A stretch of 64,000 bases of DNA from Candidatus Omnitrophota bacterium (GTDB lineage Bacteria; Omnitrophota; Gorgyraeia; Gygaellales; Profunditerraquicolaceae): NCBI GenBank assembly GCA_026387355.1, contig JAPLLW010000007.1, positions 42,198 through 106,197 of the forward strand, in the 5' to 3' direction. The notes below the pieces were generated by a model. That model ran no database searches. It was given only the letters and a program-made list of their open reading frames with translations, and was not told the origin of the DNA. Positions 19,114-29,204 of this stretch are shown piece after piece; position 1 is the stretch's first letter; the number at the start of each line of letters is the position of its first letter. A program made the translations under genes and the position numbers.

Positions 19114-20507
19114 TTCTTCTCCCTTCCTTTCTTGATGGTTAGATTTAATTCGTTTAATTGTTTTTCATCTACTAAAGAAGGCGCATTGGTTAACGGACAG
19201 ACTCCTGCGCTCGTCTTGGGAAAGGTGATTATCTCCCTTATGCTTGATTCTCCTGCTAAGATTGTTAATAGTCTATCTATGCCAAAGGCAAATCCGCCGT
19301 GCGGAGGCGCCCCAAATTGAAATGCCTCTAGAAGAAAGCCAAAGCGTAACATGGCATTTTCTTTATCGATGCCAATAATTTTAAATATCTTTTCTTGTAA
19401 TTCTTGCTTATGTATTCTAATTGACCCTGAGCCAAGCTCTGTTCCGTTTAGAACTAAGTCGTAAGAGCGCGATTTCACCTTATCCGGGGCTTGCTCTAGC
19501 ATAGATAAATCTTCTTGGGCTGGCGCAGTAAATGGGTGGTGTTCGCTCTCCCAGCGGTTTTCATCTTTATTGTATTTAAAAAGCGGAAAATCTACAACCC
19601 AGGCAAAGGCAAACTCGCTATTAAAGTCTTTGCGTAAATCCGGTTTGTCAGTTTTGTATTTTTCTTGCGCCTCTTTAAAAGTTATACGCAAGAAGGGTAT
19701 TTTAATCTCTATGCCTTTTAATTCTTTGAATATAAGACACATAAGCTCTTCAATGACAGCGAATACATCCTCCTCATTTATAAAAGACATCTCTAAATCA
19801 AGCTGGGTGAATTCTGGCTGACGGTCAGCTCTTAGGTCTTCATCGCGGAAACATTTAGCAATCTGATAATACTTTTCTATGCCTGCGACCATCAGGATTT
19901 GTTTGAATAACTGGGGTGATTGCGGGAGTGCATAGAATTGTCCGGGATTAAGCCGTGAAGGTACAAGATAATCCCTTGCTCCTTCCGGAGTGGATTTTGT
20001 AAGAATCGGTGTCTCGCACTCAATAAATTTCTGTGAATCAAGATAGCCGCGTATGACTTTATAAAGATTGCTGCGTAGCTGCAAGTTTTTTAACACCTTT
20101 TCGCGCCTTAAATCCAGATAGCGGTATTTAAGCCGGGTTTCTTCAGTAATATCTAAGTCGTCTGCAATCTCAAATGGCGGATTATCACTAGGGTTGAGGA
20201 TTTCAAGCTCTCGAGCGAGTACTTCTATCTCTCCTGTGGCTAATTTTGCATTAATCGTCCCTTGCGGCCTTTTATTTACAGTACCTTTTAATTTAATTAC
20301 AAATTCGCTCCTTAGATCCTGGGCAAGTGTGTAAGCATCTGCGGATTCTTTAGGGATGAAAACAACCTGGGTGAAGCCAAATCTATCGCGGACATCAATA
20401 AAAATAAGCTTTCCATGGTCGCGTCTTTTAGCTACCCATCCGCAGAGAGTAACTTCTTTGTTTGTGTCTTTTGCCGTCAGTTCTCCGCAAGTATTTGTTC
20501 TTAGCAT
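19110..20507 (-). CDS. aspS: Aspartate--tRNA ligase, short form lacking the GAD insertion domain
   Basis: Bacterial AspRS motif 2 (LPQSPQLFKQILMVAG…YYQIAKCFRDEDLRADRQPEFTQLDLEMSF) and OB N-domain. Only 465 aa because …DKPDLR is followed directly by …WVVDFPLF, so the ~130 aa GAD insertion is absent. Confidence 0.85.
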   Translation of the reverse strand: MLRTNTCGELTAKDTNKEVTLCGWVAKRRDHGKLIFIDVRDRFGFTQVVFIPKESADAYTLAQDLRSEFVIKLKGTVNKRPQGTINAKLATGEIEVLARELEILNPSDNPPFEIADDLDITEETRLKYRYLDLRREKVLKNLQLRSNLYKVIRGYLDSQKFIECETPILTKSTPEGARDYLVPSRLNPGQFYALPQSPQLFKQILMVAGIEKYYQIAKCFRDEDLRADRQPEFTQLDLEMSFINEEDVFAVIEELMCLIFKELKGIEIKIPFLRITFKEAQEKYKTDKPDLRKDFNSEFAFAWVVDFPLFKYNKDENRWESEHHPFTAPAQEDLSMLEQAPDKVKSRSYDLVLNGTELGSGSIRIHKQELQEKIFKIIGIDKENAMLRFGFLLEAFQFGAPPHGGFAFGIDRLLTILAGESSIREIITFPKTSAGVCPLTNAPSLVDEKQLNELNLTIKKGREKK

Positions 20508-21739
20508 TTTAGTTCCTTTATAATATCGCTAGTCTTGATTTCTTTTTGTTCTCCCGAGACCATATCTTTTAAATTAATTACGTCTTTTGCAATCTCATCG
20601 TCTCCAATAATTAATACAAAGTGAGCGCCTTCATCGTTAGCTTTACGCATTGCACCTTTAATTGATTTACCTTCGTAATCGGCGTCAGCGCAAATATTAT
20701 TCTTACGCAGGTTCTCAAGCAAATTTAAACCAGTTTTTCTAGCTTTATCTCCTAGCGTTATGATGTAAACAAGATTCTTATCTGTATCTTGAATTTTAAG
20801 TTTTGTTAATAAGAGGAGCCTTTCTACGCCGAAGGCAAAACCAATTGCGCCGGATTTATTGCCACCTAGTTCCTCAATTAAATTATTATACCTTCCTCCA
20901 GCTCCGATAGCGTCTTGAGCGCCTAAATCTTGATGCGTAATCTCAAAGACAGTCCCTGTATAATAATCTAAGCCCCGCACAAGATGGCTGCTTACTTCAT
21001 AGCCTATCTTAAGCATGCTTAATCCTTCTTTTACCTTATCAAAATGAGCTTTACAATCAAGGCATAGGTATTCATCGCGGATATCCAGGCCCCTTACAAC
21101 TTCTTTACAGTCGTCATTTTTGCAGTCTAAGATTCTTAGAGGGTTGTTCTCGAATCTATTTTTGCAGTCATCGCAGAGTTTGTCTAGCTTTGTGTTCAAT
21201 TGCTTGCGTAGGATCTCAACTAGTTTCATTTTGTCATTTACGCAACCCAGGCTATTAATTTTAATTTTGTAACCCTCAATCAGAAAATTACGCAATAAAT
21301 TATCAGCTAAAGATATAATTTCAATATCCAACCCTGCGTCGGTTGAACCGATTGCTTCGGCTCCGATGTGGTGGAATTGTCTAAGTCTGCCTTTTTGCGG
21401 GCGCTCTAGCCTAAACATTGCTCCCATATAATAGAACTTAGCAAAACCGTAAGTTTTATCTAGGTTATTTTCAATATATGCGCGCACAATCGAAGCTGTT
21501 CCTTCAGGACGTAAGGCGTAAGTCTCAACTTTATTGTTTATAAGAAACATCTGTTTTTGCACTATTTCTGTGGATTCGCCTAGGGAGCGGTTAAATAAAG
21601 CTGCTTCTTCGATTAAGGGTGGGCGAATTTCCTTGAAGTTGTATAAAGCAAAAATGCTGCGGCTAATTTCTTCTAACTTTTGCCAAAGCTTAACATTATC
21701 GGGCAGGATATCTTTTGTTCCGGATACTCTTTTAAACAT
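20501..21739 (-). CDS. hisS: Histidine--tRNA ligase
   Basis: HisRS class II motifs (RPEGTASIVRAY, GGRYNNL). hisS-aspS arrangement with a 7-nt overlap. Confidence 0.9.
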   Translation of the reverse strand: MFKRVSGTKDILPDNVKLWQKLEEISRSIFALYNFKEIRPPLIEEAALFNRSLGESTEIVQKQMFLINNKVETYALRPEGTASIVRAYIENNLDKTYGFAKFYYMGAMFRLERPQKGRLRQFHHIGAEAIGSTDAGLDIEIISLADNLLRNFLIEGYKIKINSLGCVNDKMKLVEILRKQLNTKLDKLCDDCKNRFENNPLRILDCKNDDCKEVVRGLDIRDEYLCLDCKAHFDKVKEGLSMLKIGYEVSSHLVRGLDYYTGTVFEITHQDLGAQDAIGAGGRYNNLIEELGGNKSGAIGFAFGVERLLLLTKLKIQDTDKNLVYIITLGDKARKTGLNLLENLRKNNICADADYEGKSIKGAMRKANDEGAHFVLIIGDDEIAKDVINLKDMVSGEQKEIKTSDIIKELKC

Positions 21740-21818
21740 ATAAATTCAGTATGTAGTATTTAGTAGTTAGTATGTAGGTTGGCCTGTCCACTGTCTGCTA
21801 GCTACTCTCGATTTATTT

Positions 21819-22091
21819 TTATTTTACCTTTTGTTTCATTTCCAAGCCGGATTTAAAGACTACCACTTTTCTCGGCGGGACAGGGATGACCTGGTTTGTA
21901 CGCGGGTTTCTTCCTGTGCGGCTCTTTCTTTGCTTGACCTTAAAAACTCCAAAATTACGTAGCTCAATCTTCTCGCCCCTAACCAGAGATTCAATTATGC
22001 AGTCAAAGGTCTTTTGCACAACGAGTTTAACGTCTACCTGTTTTAAGCCTGTTTGATCAGCTACCTTTAAAATTATATCTTTCTTGGTCAT
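21819..22091 (-). CDS. hup: HU/IHF-family DNA-binding protein
   Basis: 90 aa. GRNPRTNQVIPVPPRKVVVFKSG is the HU arm signature. Confidence 0.9.
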   Translation of the reverse strand: MTKKDIILKVADQTGLKQVDVKLVVQKTFDCIIESLVRGEKIELRNFGVFKVKQRKSRTGRNPRTNQVIPVPPRKVVVFKSGLEMKQKVK

Positions 22092-22138
22092 TTCATCCTC
22101 CCTTGCCTGCTCAAAGACAGGCAGGCTTATTGCTAACT

Positions 22139-22168
22139 ATAGTAACAGCAAAAAGTTACGTTGTCAAG
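22139..22168 (-). promoter_or_regulatory. Candidate sigma70 promoter for the HU gene
   Basis: Minus strand TTGACA, 18-nt spacer, TACTAT. The 5'UTR contains a GCCTGC/GCAGGC hairpin (about 22105-22128) before the GGGAGG SD. Confidence 0.45.
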
Positions 22169-22192
22169 GTCATTTTTTCTAGAGACAACCTT

Positions 22193-25100
22193 CTATACCG
22201 CTAACGATAGTCTTTCTTCGCCTAACAGATCTTCAATCTCCTGAATCAGTTTTTCAGATGGTAAGACATAAAGGTTTTCTCCTACGACGAGCTGTACCTT
22301 TGATTTTGCGGGAGTGTTTAAGTTTAGATATATCGGGATGTTGCCGCGAGAGACAGTCAGAATCTCCTTGAGGGTTTCAAAGACATTCTCTCTTAAGCCG
22401 GATAAATTAATGCTCATAGCCGTGATCAATTTGTAGATTTCTTCAAAAGGGAAGAGATCATTCACGATAATCTTAGGCGTTTCTTCTTTCAGGTTAAGTG
22501 TCCCTCGCACCAAAACTATTGTATTTGGCTGAATATAGCGGGAAACTTTCTGGAATGTGCGCGGAAATACTAGCAACTCTACCGAGCTATCTAGGTCTTC
22601 AAGCTTTAGGATGGCCATTTTTTCCTGTTTGGCTCTAGTGGTTGTATGTTTTATTTTGCATATTAAACCCACGATTTTTACTTCGTCTTCGTCTTTGTGT
22701 TGATGTAAATTTACTATTGATGAAGAGACAAAACGTTTTAATTGTTTGGCGTAACGGGCCAAAGGATGCCCGCTTACATAGAAACCAAGCATCTCTTTTT
22801 CAAAAGCCAGTAGTTGTGGCTCAGGCCATTCTTTAACTTGGGGGATACTATTTGTAGTCGCCATAAAGGAATTTGTGGATTGGCCTTGATCAAAAAAAGA
22901 AAGTTGGCCCTTAGCCCTTTCCCTTTGTTTGCGTGAGGCTGATTCTAAGATTGTATCAAGGGCAGATACCATTTGCGCCCTAGGCATCTTAAATGTATCT
23001 AGCGCGCCGCATTTAATCAGGCTTTCTAAGACCTTGCGGTTAGTTGATCGTAAATCAATACGAAGGCATAGGTCTTCCAGAGAGAGAAATTCCCCATGTT
23101 TTCGGGCTTCAACTATAGATTCAACTGCTCCTCGGCCAACATTTTTTACCGCAAGCAATCCGAACCTGATTAATTTATTATCTATGACTTTAAAGAGCGC
23201 AGAGCTTTCGTTGATATCCGGAGGCAAAACGGTTAAACCCATACGCGATACCTCGTTTACATATTCCACTATCTTATCTGTGTTATCGCGTTCCGAGGTT
23301 AAAAGAGCTGTCATAAATTCAACAGGATAATTTGCTTTCAAAAATGCTGTGCGATAAGAAATAAGCGCGTAAGCTGTTGAGTGAGATTTATTAAAGCCGT
23401 ATCCGGAGAAGTAGTCGATTAAATCGAATATTTTATTTGCTGTCAATATCTTGATTCCGTTTTTAACGCAGCCGTGGATAAAATTGCTCCTCTGTTTCTC
23501 CATTACCTCAGGTATCTTTTTGCCCATAGCCTTACGTAAAATATCCGCCTGGGCCAGGCTAAAGCCAGCGAGGGTGGATGCGATCTGCATAATCTGTTCC
23601 TGATAAACCATGATTCCGTATGTTTCTTTTAGGATTGTTTCTAACTTAGGGTGCTCATATCTAATGGGAACTAAGTTATGTTTACGTTTCATAAAATCAT
23701 CAAGCATCCCTGAGCCAATAGGTCCTGGCCGGTATAATGCAAGGAGCGCGATTAAATCTTCAAAACGTTCGGGTTGAAGTTTCTTAAGTAGATCGCGCAT
23801 CCCTGAACTTTCTACTTGGAATATTCCCATGGTTTGTGAGCTGGCCAGAAGTTCGTAAGTTTTTTTGTCATCAAGCGGGATTTTATCTATTTTAATCTCT
23901 AGGTTTCTGGTTGCTCGGATTATTTTTGTCGCTTGGTCAATTACGGTTAAGGTCCTTAGCCCCAAGAAATCTACTTTCAGTAAGCCGATTTTTTCAAGGA
24001 TCCCCATGCTAAAGCCTGTAGTTATTTGGTCGTCGCTGGTTTTAAAAAGCGGACTATAGTTGTCAAGAGGTTTATCCGCGATAACAACTCCGGCAGCATG
24101 CACTGAGGCATGTCGGTTTAGGCCTTCAAGCGATAAAGCTGTATTTATAAGCTTAGTGATCTGTGGGTCGTTTTTGTAGAGGTTATTTAATTCAGGCTCA
24201 CTCTCTAATGCTTTTTTAAGCGTCATATCAAGTTCAGGTGGAATTAATTTTGCGATACGGTCAACATCCGCATAAGCTATCCCCATAACTCTTCCAACGT
24301 CACGAATAACCGCACGCGCTTGCATAGTTCCGAATGTAATTATCTGAGCAACGTTCTCCTGGCCGTATTTTTTAGTCACATATTCAATAACCTCTTGCCT
24401 TCTTTCGTAGCAGAAATCAATATCAATATCCGGAAGGCCCATGCGTTCAGGGTTTAGAAATCTTTCAAAAAGTAATCCATATCTAAGGGGATCTAAATCC
24501 GTAATACCTAAAAGATAACTTACCAGGCTTCCTGCGGCTGAGCCTCTTCCCGGGCCAACAGGGATACCTTGGCTTTTGGCGTAATGTATAAAATCCCAGA
24601 CAATAAGAAAATAACTTACAAACCCCATGCTTTTAATAATCTTTAATTCGTGTTCCAGGCGCTCAGTTATTTCTGGGGTGATTAATTCGTACCTATCAGT
24701 TATTCCTTGATTACAAAGTTCTACTAAATAATCTTCTTTAGTCTTACCAACCGGAGGTTCATATTTAGGTAGGTGTACTTTGTTAAAATCCAGCTCCAGA
24801 TTGCATCGGGAAGCAATCTCGCAGGTATTTTTTATCGCCTCAGGAATATCTTTGAATAAATTCTTCATCTCCTGGGGAGATTTAAAATAGAATTCTTCAG
24901 TTTGCATGCGCATGCGATTAGGGTCTTCCAAAGTTGTTTGAGTCTGAATGCATAAAAGGGCTTCATGCGCTTTCGCTCGGTCGCGGGTTAAGTAATGTAC
25001 GTCATTTGTAGCTACAAGGGGGAGCTTAAGCTCCTTACCTATTTTTATCAAGGCTTCATTCACAATTCTTTGTTCAGGGATTGCATTTTCCTGTAGTTCG

Positions 25101-25636
25101 AGGAAGAAGTTATCCTTCTCAAATATATTTAAGTAAGTATCCGCCATCTTTAAGGCGTCATTGAAACGTTTTTTCTGGATTAACTGGGGGATCTCTCCTT
25201 TTAAGCATGCGCTCATCCCGATTATTCCTTTTGCGTGTTGGCTGAGGATTTCTTTATCTATACGCGGCCGATAATAAAATCCTTCAAGGTAGGCCTTTGA
25301 TACCAGTTTCATAATATTGCGGTATCCGATTTCATCTCTTGCCAAGAGTATTAAGTGAAAGGCTGCTTCGTCAATCCCTTTTGGTTCTTTATCCAGGCGG
25401 CTACCCGGGGCAATATAGGTTTCGCATCCGATTATTGGTTTGATCCCGCTTTTTTGCGCCTCAAGATAGAAATCAATTGCGCCGAACATATTTCCATGGT
25501 CGGTGATAGCCAGAGAATCCATTTGATGCGTTTTAGCGAGGTTTAATATTTCCGGTATACGGCAGGCGCCGTCAAGGAGGCTATATTGAGTATGTAAATG
25601 TAGATGGATAAACTCGTTTCGAAGCATAAGAGGCAA
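22193..25636 (-). CDS. dnaE: DNA polymerase III alpha subunit
   Basis: PHP domain (HLHLHTQYSLLDG), polymerase core and OB domain. 1147 aa. Probable TTG start with AAGGAT SD. Confidence 0.95.
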   Translation of the reverse strand: MPLMLRNEFIHLHLHTQYSLLDGACRIPEILNLAKTHQMDSLAITDHGNMFGAIDFYLEAQKSGIKPIIGCETYIAPGSRLDKEPKGIDEAAFHLILLARDEIGYRNIMKLVSKAYLEGFYYRPRIDKEILSQHAKGIIGMSACLKGEIPQLIQKKRFNDALKMADTYLNIFEKDNFFLELQENAIPEQRIVNEALIKIGKELKLPLVATNDVHYLTRDRAKAHEALLCIQTQTTLEDPNRMRMQTEEFYFKSPQEMKNLFKDIPEAIKNTCEIASRCNLELDFNKVHLPKYEPPVGKTKEDYLVELCNQGITDRYELITPEITERLEHELKIIKSMGFVSYFLIVWDFIHYAKSQGIPVGPGRGSAAGSLVSYLLGITDLDPLRYGLLFERFLNPERMGLPDIDIDFCYERRQEVIEYVTKKYGQENVAQIITFGTMQARAVIRDVGRVMGIAYADVDRIAKLIPPELDMTLKKALESEPELNNLYKNDPQITKLINTALSLEGLNRHASVHAAGVVIADKPLDNYSPLFKTSDDQITTGFSMGILEKIGLLKVDFLGLRTLTVIDQATKIIRATRNLEIKIDKIPLDDKKTYELLASSQTMGIFQVESSGMRDLLKKLQPERFEDLIALLALYRPGPIGSGMLDDFMKRKHNLVPIRYEHPKLETILKETYGIMVYQEQIMQIASTLAGFSLAQADILRKAMGKKIPEVMEKQRSNFIHGCVKNGIKILTANKIFDLIDYFSGYGFNKSHSTAYALISYRTAFLKANYPVEFMTALLTSERDNTDKIVEYVNEVSRMGLTVLPPDINESSALFKVIDNKLIRFGLLAVKNVGRGAVESIVEARKHGEFLSLEDLCLRIDLRSTNRKVLESLIKCGALDTFKMPRAQMVSALDTILESASRKQRERAKGQLSFFDQGQSTNSFMATTNSIPQVKEWPEPQLLAFEKEMLGFYVSGHPLARYAKQLKRFVSSSIVNLHQHKDEDEVKIVGLICKIKHTTTRAKQEKMAILKLEDLDSSVELLVFPRTFQKVSRYIQPNTIVLVRGTLNLKEETPKIIVNDLFPFEEIYKLITAMSINLSGLRENVFETLKEILTVSRGNIPIYLNLNTPAKSKVQLVVGENLYVLPSEKLIQEIEDLLGEERLSLAV

Positions 25637-25690
25637 GTTTATCCTTGCTCACGTTGTTCGCAAGGATTTTTCTGGATCAAAGATTAAGGA

Positions 25691-27232
25691 TTATTCCCAC
25701 TCTATAGTTGCTGGAGGCTTAGAAGATATGTCGTAAACAACGCGATTAACGCCGCTTACCTCATTAATAATACGATTTGAAATCTTCTCTAAAATTTCAT
25801 AAGGTATTTTAGCCCAATCCGCAGTCATTCCGTCCATACTTGTTACGCAGCGTAAGGCCACAACATTTTCGTAGGTGCGTTCATCACCCATTATCCCCAC
25901 GCTCTTTATAGGTAATAATATTGCAAAAGACTGCCAGATCTGATCATAAAGTCCAGCTGTTCTTATCTCATCGATTACCCTTCTATCGACCTCTCTTAAT
26001 ATATTCAATCTTTCTTCAGTTACCTCTCCTATAATTCTTATGGCAAGTCCCGGTCCAGGAAATGGCTGTCTTTGAATTATGGTATCCGGAAGGCCTAATT
26101 CTCTGCCAATTGCGCGCACTTCGTCTTTGAATATCTCTCGAAGCGGTTCAATTAGCTTAAGCTTCATGTGCGCAGGTAGGCCCCCAACATTGTGGTGGCT
26201 TTTAATCTTACGGCTGGGTGCGCCAGTTGGAGATATAGATTCAATTACATCAGGGTAAAGTGTTCCCTGCACTAAGAATTTCACCCCTTTTACTTTTTCC
26301 GCTTCTTCTTCAAAAGTTTTGATAAACTCATCTCCGATGATTTTACGTTTTTCTTCAGGATCGGTTATTCCTTTAAGCCGAGCAAGGAATTTTTTGCTCC
26401 TGTCTACGTAACAAAGATTTAAGTGATAGACATCGCGAAACACTTTTTTTACCTGTTCAGGTTCGTCTTTTCTTAATAAACCGTTATTGATAAAAATGCA
26501 ACGGGAATTTCTTCCGATGGCTTTATGTAAAAGCAGGGCTGCTACAGATGAGTCAACTCCTCCGCTTAAGCCTAGCACGACCTTAGCGCTTCCGGCAGTC
26601 TTTTTAATATTCTCAAGTGCCTCTTTGATGAATGCCTGCATAGTCCAACGCGCAAGGCAACCACATATTTTAAATAAAAAGTTACTTAAGATCTGGTTTC
26701 CTTTTTCTGTATGCGTTACTTCAGGGTGAAATTGCACGCCGAAGATCTTTCGTTTGCAGTTACTGATTGCTGCAATAGGCGTATTCATAGTATGCGCGCT
26801 AATGTGAAATCCGGAAGGTACCTTAGTGACAAAATCTCCGTGACTTGCCCAACAGGTAAAGTTTCCAGGCATATGGCTAAAGAGGTCGCGATTATCGTCA
26901 ATAAATAATTCTACTTTGCCGTATTCGCGATCTTTTGTATGCTTAACCTTACCCTCTAGCATTTCGGAGATAACCTGCATACCGTAGCAGATTCCAAGAA
27001 TCGGAATCCCCAGTTTAAATATGCCCTTATCCGGTTGCGGCCCCTTTTTATCTACAATGGAAGCAGGGCCTCCGGATAGAATTAACCCCTTAGGCGACAT
27101 CCCTGCTATCTCTTTAGCTGGGGTATTGTAAGGTATAATCCTAGAGAATACTTTATTCTCCCTAACTCTGCGTGCAATTAGCTGTGTGTATTGCGATCCA
27201 AAATCTAAAATCAGTATTGTTTGTCTGGTCAT
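25691..27232 (-). CDS. guaA: GMP synthase (glutamine-hydrolysing)
   Basis: GATase triad region (GICYGMQ), PP-loop SGGVDSSV, and the C-terminal dimerisation domain ending …PATIEWE. Confidence 0.95.
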   Translation of the reverse strand: MTRQTILILDFGSQYTQLIARRVRENKVFSRIIPYNTPAKEIAGMSPKGLILSGGPASIVDKKGPQPDKGIFKLGIPILGICYGMQVISEMLEGKVKHTKDREYGKVELFIDDNRDLFSHMPGNFTCWASHGDFVTKVPSGFHISAHTMNTPIAAISNCKRKIFGVQFHPEVTHTEKGNQILSNFLFKICGCLARWTMQAFIKEALENIKKTAGSAKVVLGLSGGVDSSVAALLLHKAIGRNSRCIFINNGLLRKDEPEQVKKVFRDVYHLNLCYVDRSKKFLARLKGITDPEEKRKIIGDEFIKTFEEEAEKVKGVKFLVQGTLYPDVIESISPTGAPSRKIKSHHNVGGLPAHMKLKLIEPLREIFKDEVRAIGRELGLPDTIIQRQPFPGPGLAIRIIGEVTEERLNILREVDRRVIDEIRTAGLYDQIWQSFAILLPIKSVGIMGDERTYENVVALRCVTSMDGMTADWAKIPYEILEKISNRIINEVSGVNRVVYDISSKPPATIEWE

Positions 27233-28389
27233 TTTCCCATCCCCACTCTTTGCCCAACTTGAAATATCTTGCCTTCTGTTTGTATAGATGGCGCTATAAT
27301 TATCTCTACGTCATGCATCTCCTTGAGACTAGGGGCACCAAGTGAACCCATGGAAGTTTTTAATGCGCCGATTAAATTTTGTGAACCATCGTCAACCTTT
27401 GCCGGTCCAAAAAGAATTTCCTTTAATGAACCGGTAGTACCGACATTAATGCGTGTTCCTCGAGGCAAATTAACATGAGAAGTTGCCATTCCCCAATGGT
27501 ATCCTTTACCCGGGGCTTCTTTTGCTCGGGCAAAGCTTGATCCGATCATTACGGCATCAGCTCCGCAGGCAAATGCCCTGCAGATATCTCCGCCGCGATT
27601 CATTCCGCCATCTGTAATTACAGTTATATATTTGCCTGTTCTTTTTAAATAAAAATCACGCGCACCAGCAGCATCTACAGTTGCGGTAACTTGGGGTACG
27701 CCTATCCCTAATACCCCTCTTGTTGTACATGCTGCTCCAGGACCTATCCCTATTAATAGGCCGCATGCCCCGGTATCCATAAGCTCTAAGGTTGTTTCGT
27801 AAGTTACGCAGTTTCCTAAGATAACCGGAATTTTTGTGGCTTTGCAGAATTTATAAAGGTCTAATGTTTTATATTCTTTTGAAATATGTTTGGTAGTAGT
27901 AACCGTAGATTGTACAACAAAAATGTCTGCGCCGGCAGCAATAGCCAGCTTTGAGAACTTATCTGCGTTTGCCGGTATGCAGCTGACTACCGCGGTCCCC
28001 TTTCTCTTTTTGATTTCGGAGATTCTTTTTGAGATTAATTTTTCTTTAATTGGGGTAGTGTAAATTGATTGAATTAATTCTGTAGCTTTTTGGGGTGAGG
28101 CCTGGGAGATCTCTTGTAATACTGATGTTGGGTTTTCGTAACGCGTCTGCACGCCGTCTAGATTTAAAACCGCGATTCCGCCTAAATTGGACATTTCAAC
28201 CGCAAAATTTACATCAACTACTCCGTCCATAGCAGCAGCAAGTATAGGGACTTTGAATTTTCTACCGGCTAATTCGAAACTGGTATCTGTTTCGTTAGGG
28301 TTTACTGTCTGTGCGCCTGGAACAAGCGCTATCTCATCAAAGCCGTAACATCTGCGAGCACGCCTACCTATACCTATCCACTCTGCCAT
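27229..28389 (-). CDS. guaB: IMP dehydrogenase/GMP reductase-family protein lacking the CBS subdomain (putative GuaB)
   Basis: Catalytic loop [11 protein letters not shown] in a TIM barrel. 386 aa with no CBS pair. 4-nt overlap with guaA. Confidence 0.65.
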   Translation of the reverse strand: MAEWIGIGRRARRCYGFDEIALVPGAQTVNPNETDTSFELAGRKFKVPILAAAMDGVVDVNFAVEMSNLGGIAVLNLDGVQTRYENPTSVLQEISQASPQKATELIQSIYTTPIKEKLISKRISEIKKRKGTAVVSCIPANADKFSKLAIAAGADIFVVQSTVTTTKHISKEYKTLDLYKFCKATKIPVILGNCVTYETTLELMDTGACGLLIGIGPGAACTTRGVLGIGVPQVTATVDAAGARDFYLKRTGKYITVITDGGMNRGGDICRAFACGADAVMIGSSFARAKEAPGKGYHWGMATSHVNLPRGTRINVGTTGSLKEILFGPAKVDDGSQNLIGALKTSMGSLGAPSLKEMHDVEIIIAPSIQTEGKIFQVGQRVGMGK

Positions 28390-28480
28390 TTTATAAGTCT
28401 CCTATTCTCATAAGTTGTTGTTTGACAATAAGTTAAGATATTCTAGCACTTTTTGAAGATTTGTTTAGAAGGAATGTTAA

Positions 28481-28509
28481 ATTTTACCCTAGTTAGGGGA
28501 TTTTGTCAA
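28481..28509 (-). promoter_or_regulatory. sigma70-type promoter for guaB-guaA
   Basis: Minus strand TTGACA, 17 nt, TAAAAT: a perfect -35 and a near-consensus -10. Predicts an ~85-nt leader ending in the AGGAGA SD 8 nt before the ATG. Confidence 0.6.
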
Positions 28510-28520
28510 TATTTATTTTT

Positions 28521-28625
28521 TAGCGTCTGGCTTGTCTTGTTTCTCGCGGGGACGCTTGTTTTGCCCCAGCGTGGCAAAACTGCGCTCGGGCCGGCTGGCG
28601 TCGCTCTCTGACATAAAAGTGACGG
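28521..28625 (-). ncRNA. GC-rich structured element, copy 1 (E1), homologous to 29283-29392
   Basis: Stands out as GC-rich against AT-rich flanks. 8-bp hairpin GTTTTGCC[CCAGCGT]GGCAAAAC at 28558-28580. On the minus strand the loop reads ACGCTGG. About 75% identity to E2 over ~110 nt, with compensatory stem changes. Strand assignment is arbitrary. Confidence 0.35.
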
Positions 28626-28707
28626 AATTGTGCGTGCACATCTGACTTACAACTCATATTTCTCAATTCTTATTCCTCCTGTTACCGTTTTTAAGATAGC
28701 GTGCCAT

Positions 28708-29040
28708 TTATTTTTTTGTCTTTGAAATTAGTTTTGAAATAAGCCAACCGATACCATACCATTGCAATCCGCCAAGAATTGAAGCTAAAGCAGGAATAAG
28801 GATGAACGGAGAAACCTTATAAATGTTATCAATGAAATCGGATAAAGGCATAATGACAAAAGTAGCAGGAATTTCCATTCCTAAAATCGCTACTAAACCA
28901 AATCCCCTGCTGGTATTCAAGCTGTCAAGATAAGCGATAGTTATTACTATTGCCGCATTAACTATGGCAAGAAGCAAACCTAACTTACTAATCTTTGCCC
29001 AGTTCACTCTTGCCTCCCTCTCCAAAGCTTCCAGTTTCAT
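28708..29040 (-). CDS. Small membrane protein (3 predicted TM helices), function unknown
   Basis: 110 aa. Native AT-rich codon usage. Charged N-terminus followed by three hydrophobic segments. No match to CrcB or SMR signatures. Confidence 0.55.
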   Translation of the reverse strand: MKLEALEREARVNWAKISKLGLLLAIVNAAIVITIAYLDSLNTSRGFGLVAILGMEIPATFVIMPLSDFIDNIYKVSPFILIPALASILGGLQWYGIGWLISKLISKTKK

Positions 29041-29204
29041 AAAAGGTTGATTAAGTATATTTTACCAAGGATTTCAGGAAATGGTATCAATTTTGTGAGA
29101 GGGTTTGTATAGACGAATGTATGCCCGTTCATTGCCGACACCGCCCTCACTCGAAATCAAACCAAGTCATCCGCTAGGTTATCTCTATCAATATTGATAA
29201 AGCT

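Noticed and set aside
28390-28520. Purine riboswitch in the guaB leader
   Set aside because: The predicted ~85-nt leader is AT-rich and unstructured and lacks the conserved purine-riboswitch J1-2/J2-3 motifs. The GC-rich E1 element lies upstream of the promoter, not in the leader.
28708-29040. 110-aa membrane ORF as CrcB/Fluc or an SMR (guanidine/fluoride riboswitch targets)
   Set aside because: Lacks the CrcB GGxTTFSTF motifs and the SMR TM1 glutamate. The flanking elements lack fluoride and guanidine riboswitch consensus (the loop is ACGCTGG, not ACGR).
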